A stretch of 20,000 nt of DNA from an uncultured virus (IMG/VR IMGVR_UViG_3300021092_000027) (Duplodnaviria; Heunggongvirae; Uroviricota; Caudoviricetes): the IMG/VR virus record IMGVR_UViG_3300021092_000027. One strand, given 5' to 3'. Positions 15,863 through 20,000 of this stretch are shown one piece after another (position 1 is the first letter of the stretch; each line of letters begins with the position of its first letter). Below the pieces are notes generated by a model that was given only the letters and a program-made list of their open reading frames with translations, did not search any database and had not been told where the DNA came from. A program made the position numbers and the translations under genes.

Positions 15863-16775
15863 AAGCTAGTTCTCCATCAATTCGCTTTCCATTAGAATCG
15901 ATTCTTCCCAGCATTTCTGCCTGCTTTATTGGCATACCTACATTCAAGTAATCTTCATACAAGATGTTGATATCCCACATATTATCACAGTTTTTAAACT
16001 GAGAACGAATCGCATGATATTTGCCCAACAAAGAGGCATAATCTATAAGATATTTATCATGATGATCAAGCACTCTTTTTACTAAAACTTCCTTTGCCAT
16101 TCCTCTAGTCATGCAAAGAATATCTAAAAATGGAGTCTTTGCTTCTTCATTTTCTTTATATTTTCTTGCTTCTTCTAACTGATAAATCCAAGATTCAGTT
16201 TCAACATCGCAGCAATTTTTAAAATTTTTAAATCGTAAATCAAATTCATGCTCAATAACTAAGATTGCTTGCTTTTTCATGAAAGAAATTGCAAGTTGAA
16301 TATTTTCTTTCGGTGTAATTTTCTTTACTTTTTCGAATTTGAGCTCTCCAGTATCAGTCATTACTTGCTCATATTCTTTGTAATGAGCTCTAGTTTCCCC
16401 CTGAAATCTTACTCCATGAGTAAATTCTTTTTCTGGAATCTCGACATATCTCCTAAAAGATGATTTGATTGTTTCAAAAACAATTTTATTCATCTTGATT
16501 GTAGAGACATTACAAAAATTATATAAAACAAAGTAAGTAGTTTCGTCGGCTTTAATGTCAGCCAACCTCAAAGCATCTTCATGGATCATCATGTAGATAA
16601 ACCCTTCTTTGATCTTCTCTTTATCCTTAATAAATTTTCTTGTCTCTAATTCTAAAGGATGCTGTGGTTCATATTTTGGACGTAAAAAATCTTCCTCTTG
16701 AATTAAATCTTGAGGGATTCTTTCCTTCCAAGCAACATCAAATGATTTTTCTTCTATAAAATTACTTGTTTCCAT
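15843..16775 (-). CDS. Hypothetical protein with a C-terminal tail-fibre-assembly-like domain (310 aa)
   Basis: ETESWIYQLEEA...AKTPFLDILCMTRG...LVKRVL resembles the E..SW..Q..EA...TP.L..IA..RG motif I recall from phage fibre-associated chaperone-like proteins. Confidence 0.65.
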   Translation of the reverse strand: METSNFIEEKSFDVAWKERIPQDLIQEEDFLRPKYEPQHPLELETRKFIKDKEKIKEGFIYMMIHEDALRLADIKADETTYFVLYNFCNVSTIKMNKIVFETIKSSFRRYVEIPEKEFTHGVRFQGETRAHYKEYEQVMTDTGELKFEKVKKITPKENIQLAISFMKKQAILVIEHEFDLRFKNFKNCCDVETESWIYQLEEARKYKENEEAKTPFLDILCMTRGMAKEVLVKRVLDHHDKYLIDYASLLGKYHAIRSQFKNCDNMWDINILYEDYLNVGMPIKQAEMLGRIDSNGKRIDGELAYGTFGF

Positions 16776-16908
16776 CTTTATTCTTAAGTTCTTCTATTTC
16801 TTTTTTTAGATTTTCTACTTCTAACTTAAGATATTTAAATTCTTCATATAGAACAAAATCTGGTCTATTGAAAAACATATTATTACTACTTCCAGTTTTT
16901 GATGACAT
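16762..16908 (-). CDS. Small coiled-coil hypothetical protein (48 aa)
   Basis: Not in the ORF track. Manual translation MSSKTGSSNNMFFNRPDFVLYEEFKYLKLEVENLKKEIEELKNKDGNK*; TAATG overlap upstream and 14-nt overlap downstream. Confidence 0.72.
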   Translation of the reverse strand: MSSKTGSSNNMFFNRPDFVLYEEFKYLKLEVENLKKEIEELKNKDGNK

Positions 16909-18338
16909 TACTGATACCTCCTACCAGTTACTGCAAATGCACCACTCACACATGCTCCAGAAGATTGCCCTTGGTGACCTTTTGGCTCGGACTTAAATCC
17001 AAGAACAATATCAGAATCATTAGCATAAAAACGCTTCCACGTCCTATTGTTCTGATAGTTTCCTCCAGCATCTCCATAATTTCCTAAGCAATATCCCCAG
17101 TCTTGTCCCTCTTCCATGTTTTCTTCTCCACTTGCAACATCTTTTTGGTTGAATTGTGATCCAATAGTAGTCGCAGTGAGATCATTAAATTTAATCCAAG
17201 GTAAAGTTACGTTTGCTCCAGCTCCATGATAGCAGTGACCCCATTTAGATGAAAGATTTTTTTTCCATCCATCATTAGTTCCCCAGCTAGTCAAGGTGTA
17301 ACTAGTAACACTTTCACTACTAAATGTGACATAAACTGCATTTGAGTTATCTCCAAACAAATATCCTCTAGTTTCCCCTTCGCATCCAGTGGCATTACCA
17401 TTAGTAAATCCACCAGCTAAACGAGTTGACATTTCAGTAATAAAGTTTAATCTTTGAATACTTGCTGGTCCACCACCAGCAGTATATCCTCTTTGAGTCA
17501 CAAAACCAGAAACAGAACCTGGGTCGTCAGTACTATCCCAAGTATCCATGGAAGCACCGAGACTATCTGGAGTAGTGCTATAAGCGTCTCCGTGACCTGG
17601 ACTGCCATTCGGACCAAATGTTCTATTCGTTCCGTTATGTAAGTTTATACTAGAAACAGATGCACCAGATCCACCGTATGCGTTTTCTGTTCCAAATACA
17701 TATCCATTAAAATCTCCAAAGTTTCCATCTACATACGATGCTGCTCTATCCAGCTGATCACCGCGAGAAATAGTAATATCGGTTGCATGGAAAGTTTGAT
17801 TTACAGTTCTCCATGGATTTGATCCACGGTATCCACCGATCAAAAATCCATGAGTAAAAATACTTCTATATCTAAAACTTGATCCAACAGTAATATTATA
17901 TAATGCCCCAGTAGAATCATACCACTGACCAGTTCCAGTATAGGGCAAATAATATGCACTAGATATTGTTGGATTTTGCCCTCCAGCAAGAGTAGTTGTT
18001 GATGGAGTGGATCTATACGTACCAAATTCATTTGAAAATGTTGTTAAACTCCCACCAGTATTCGGTCCTGTTGGTTGAGTTGCCCAATATGCTCCAGCAC
18101 CAACACTTTCATTTGGCACAGCATTAGCCCAAAAAGCATTTTGTCCATCTGACATCAATACCGATCCAGCAGTTGCTGGAGATTGATTTGGGATTGCTGC
18201 AAATGGTTGACCGTTTTGAAGTAACTGACCCGTGAAGTTAATATTTCCAGTTACATCAACATTTTTTGGAATAGCTACTGTGGTCCCACCGCTGGTTAAA
18301 GTATTGGCTTGTACAGTAGTGGTAGTTACCTGAGACAT
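16908..18338 (-). CDS. Putative virion structural / receptor-binding protein with beta-propeller-like GYxxG repeats (476 aa)
   Basis: Fibre-like N-terminus (VDVTGNINFTGQL..NG; GSVLMSDGQNAFW) and six recurring motifs GFLIGG, GYVFG, GYTAGG, GYLFGD, CYHGAG, GYCLGN. Confidence 0.7.
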   Translation of the reverse strand: MSQVTTTTVQANTLTSGGTTVAIPKNVDVTGNINFTGQLLQNGQPFAAIPNQSPATAGSVLMSDGQNAFWANAVPNESVGAGAYWATQPTGPNTGGSLTTFSNEFGTYRSTPSTTTLAGGQNPTISSAYYLPYTGTGQWYDSTGALYNITVGSSFRYRSIFTHGFLIGGYRGSNPWRTVNQTFHATDITISRGDQLDRAASYVDGNFGDFNGYVFGTENAYGGSGASVSSINLHNGTNRTFGPNGSPGHGDAYSTTPDSLGASMDTWDSTDDPGSVSGFVTQRGYTAGGGPASIQRLNFITEMSTRLAGGFTNGNATGCEGETRGYLFGDNSNAVYVTFSSESVTSYTLTSWGTNDGWKKNLSSKWGHCYHGAGANVTLPWIKFNDLTATTIGSQFNQKDVASGEENMEEGQDWGYCLGNYGDAGGNYQNNRTWKRFYANDSDIVLGFKSEPKGHQGQSSGACVSGAFAVTGRRYQ

Positions 18339-18344
18339 GATTTA

Positions 18345-18671
18345 CTACTCGGGTTTTGGATATTTTGCCTTAATGCTATTTATTGTTTCTTTCCAAGCAT
18401 CAATATCATGATAAATCATATCAAGTTGTTCTTCAATTGGAGGATACTCTGACTTTCTAGATCTTTGATATCTAGCATTAGTATATTCCAACTCTAATTT
18501 TTTTACTTCTTGGTTTATTTCAAATTCTGAAGGGCACTCGCTATCATTTTCAGGTAACCAATTAATTCCTTCATATGAATTATTTTCCACAATCCATTTT
18601 GATCCTGGTCTGAGACTTTCTAAAGCCAGGGCAATATTAATTCTTTTACCATCATCTCTAATAATTGTCAT
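18345..18671 (-). CDS. Putative tail-fibre assembly/chaperone-like protein (108 aa)
   Basis: ALESLRPGSKW..., YQRSR..EYP.IEEQLDMIYHD and IKAKYPKP motifs, which I recall from small proteins following fibre genes in aquatic phages. Confidence 0.7.
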   Translation of the reverse strand: MTIIRDDGKRINIALALESLRPGSKWIVENNSYEGINWLPENDSECPSEFEINQEVKKLELEYTNARYQRSRKSEYPPIEEQLDMIYHDIDAWKETINSIKAKYPKPE

Positions 18672-19255
18672 ATTCTAATCTCCCATATTTGAATATAATT
18701 TGATCCCCATCCATAGTTGAATTCACCAACTCCAGCATAAGGAGTAATACCAAGAGTAAATGTAGTTGAATTTTTATTTACAGCTGCGACTGATGTAAAT
18801 ACTCTAATTTCAGAGTGATGATTTAGTGCCTCTCCTTTATAATAAAAATCAAGAGAACTTCTTTGAAATGATGGATTTACAAAAGTCCCATCTCTTTTTA
18901 AATACCCAGACATACCGAATCCACCATTAGATCTAGTTTGACACTGTGCAAAAATAACCAATTTACTATCAGAATATTTTGGCGTCATAGAAAGTGATAC
19001 TGGAGTATCATAATTAGTTGCATCTGCAATATTCACATAGTTATCATTAGTAGATGGGACTATATAATCAACCATCTGTACGACACTTCCAGAGAACAAA
19101 TTTGCCCCAGAAGATGTTTGTAAATTATCAGTTCTTACTGTTCCAGAAGTAAGAATACCACCAAAGTCAACATTTCCAGATGCATTTAGCTGCAAAAATG
19201 GAGTTGAAGCTCCAGCAGAGACGTGTTTGATTCTATCAACTCTAAGCTCAGACAT
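18668..19255 (-). CDS. Putative tail-fibre-associated structural protein (195 aa)
   Basis: MSELRVDRI N-terminus, GSVVQ, TPKYSDSKLVI and C-terminal IQIWEI motifs typical of small fibre-tip proteins; perfect late promoter upstream. Confidence 0.7.
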   Translation of the reverse strand: MSELRVDRIKHVSAGASTPFLQLNASGNVDFGGILTSGTVRTDNLQTSSGANLFSGSVVQMVDYIVPSTNDNYVNIADATNYDTPVSLSMTPKYSDSKLVIFAQCQTRSNGGFGMSGYLKRDGTFVNPSFQRSSLDFYYKGEALNHHSEIRVFTSVAAVNKNSTTFTLGITPYAGVGEFNYGWGSNYIQIWEIRI

Positions 19256-19278
19256 TTTCTAAAATGACTATACAGGGT

Positions 19279-19286
19279 TATTTATA
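19279..19286 (-). promoter_or_regulatory. T4 late promoter consensus TATAAATA
   Basis: tatttata at 19279-19286 overlaps the stop of the fibre gene, 23 nt upstream of the ATG at 19255. Confidence 0.8.
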
Positions 19287-20000
19287 CGATGCTCCAGTAT
19301 CCGCCACTATTGATGGTAACCGTAGTTCCATTTGCAATTGTGATTGGACCTGCGCTCATACAATTATCTCCATTAGCAACAATTACATTTTCTGCTACTG
19401 TATTACGATTGCGCTTGAAGATTCCGTAAGTATCAATCCACTGCTTATCCCCAGTTGCTCTCAGAACAGTTGTCTTCTGACCACTAGCGAGTGCTTCTGC
19501 TGCGTTGATATTAATACCACTCTTAGCTCTTACTTCAAGTGCGTAAGTTGTCTGGAAGTAATCGGTGCCACTATTTCCACCGAGCGTCATGGTGCCAGTA
19601 TCAGTTAATGTGGCAACACAATTATCATTATCGGATCTCCAAACAAAATCATCTCCTGTTCTAAAGTATGTTGTGCCATCAGTAGCAAAGAAGAATCTTT
19701 GTTGGGCATCAGTCGAAGTGATCCAAACATTAGTTGAACCTCCCAGGTACGGAAGCGTCAGTGCAGAGTAACCATCGAGCAGGTCAGCGTTCAGGTTGGT
19801 AACAACCGTAGTAGAACTAACCGTGAATGGTGCTGTTCCTGTAGCAACGCTAGATTCAAAGGTTGGAGATATCATCTTCACGTTAGCTGTAACATTACCA
19901 TTTGTGGCAATTGTTAAAGCATCAGTTCTAGTTGTTGGGAATAGTTGATTTCCATTACTGCTTGTTTGAGAAATTCTAAATAAACCACTCAACTGACCAA
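19282..20000 (-). CDS. Tail-fibre-like protein, C-terminal part (5' end outside the window)
   Basis: Frame stays open to the window edge (GGT CAG TTG AGT...). Contains APFTVSSTTVVTNLNADLLDG and terminal NCMSAGPITIANGTTVTINSGGYWSIV motifs typical of fibre proteins; Thr/Gly/Ser-rich. Confidence 0.8.
   Translation of the reverse strand, partial: GQLSGLFRISQTSSNGNQLFPTTRTDALTIATNGNVTANVKMISPTFESSVATGTAPFTVSSTTVVTNLNADLLDGYSALTLPYLGGSTNVWITSTDAQQRFFFATDGTTYFRTGDDFVWRSDNDNCVATLTDTGTMTLGGNSGTDYFQTTYALEVRAKSGININAAEALASGQKTTVLRATGDKQWIDTYGIFKRNRNTVAENVIVANGDNCMSAGPITIANGTTVTINSGGYWSIV

Noticed and set aside
19250..19269. Small hairpin (CAUUU-UAGA-AAAUG) covering the start codon at 19255
   Set aside because: Only about 5 mostly AU pairs, and it lies wholly downstream of the promoter; too weak to call.
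2605..19771. Remaining short plus-strand and nested ORFs in the track (e.g. 2605, 2815, 4741, 5620, 5627, 6089, 7224, 11339, 13820, 14055, 16269, 16766, 16899, 17454, 17840, 19264, 19565)
   Set aside because: All overlap longer, better-supported minus-strand genes, mostly with non-ATG starts and no motifs; consistent with chance ORFs.
19282..19992. TTG at 19992 as the start of the fibre gene
   Set aside because: The frame stays open to the window edge, so the real start is probably upstream.

Overview
This window is part of the virion-morphogenesis region of a T4-like myovirus, most similar in gene order and motifs to cyanomyoviruses. All credible genes are on the minus strand. In transcription order (20000->1) it holds: the C-terminal end of a tail-fibre-like protein, two small fibre-associated proteins and a 476-aa Gly/aromatic repeat (beta-propeller-like) protein. 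A tightly overlapping cassette follows: 48-aa coiled coil, 310-aa fibre-chaperone-like protein, 258-aa coiled-coil protein, a U32-family Fe-S hydroxylase-like domain fused to a SAM methyltransferase, and a 2OG-Fe(II) oxygenase-like protein. After two small ORFs comes a 1690-aa subtilisin (S8) protease with a cupredoxin-like motif, six Ig-like repeats and two FN3-like domains. The canonical gp13-gp14-gp15-gp16 block follows, then seven small ORFs and gp17 (large terminase; cut by the window edge and absent from the ORF track). The most notable items are the candidate hydroxylation/methylation cassette coupled to tail-fibre genes, the giant Ig-bearing protease, three late-promoter (TAAATA) motifs embedded in inverted repeats, and an internal T4-type capsid-targeting-like motif (MKTFKEF). 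All family calls come from motif recognition by eye; no database searches were run.
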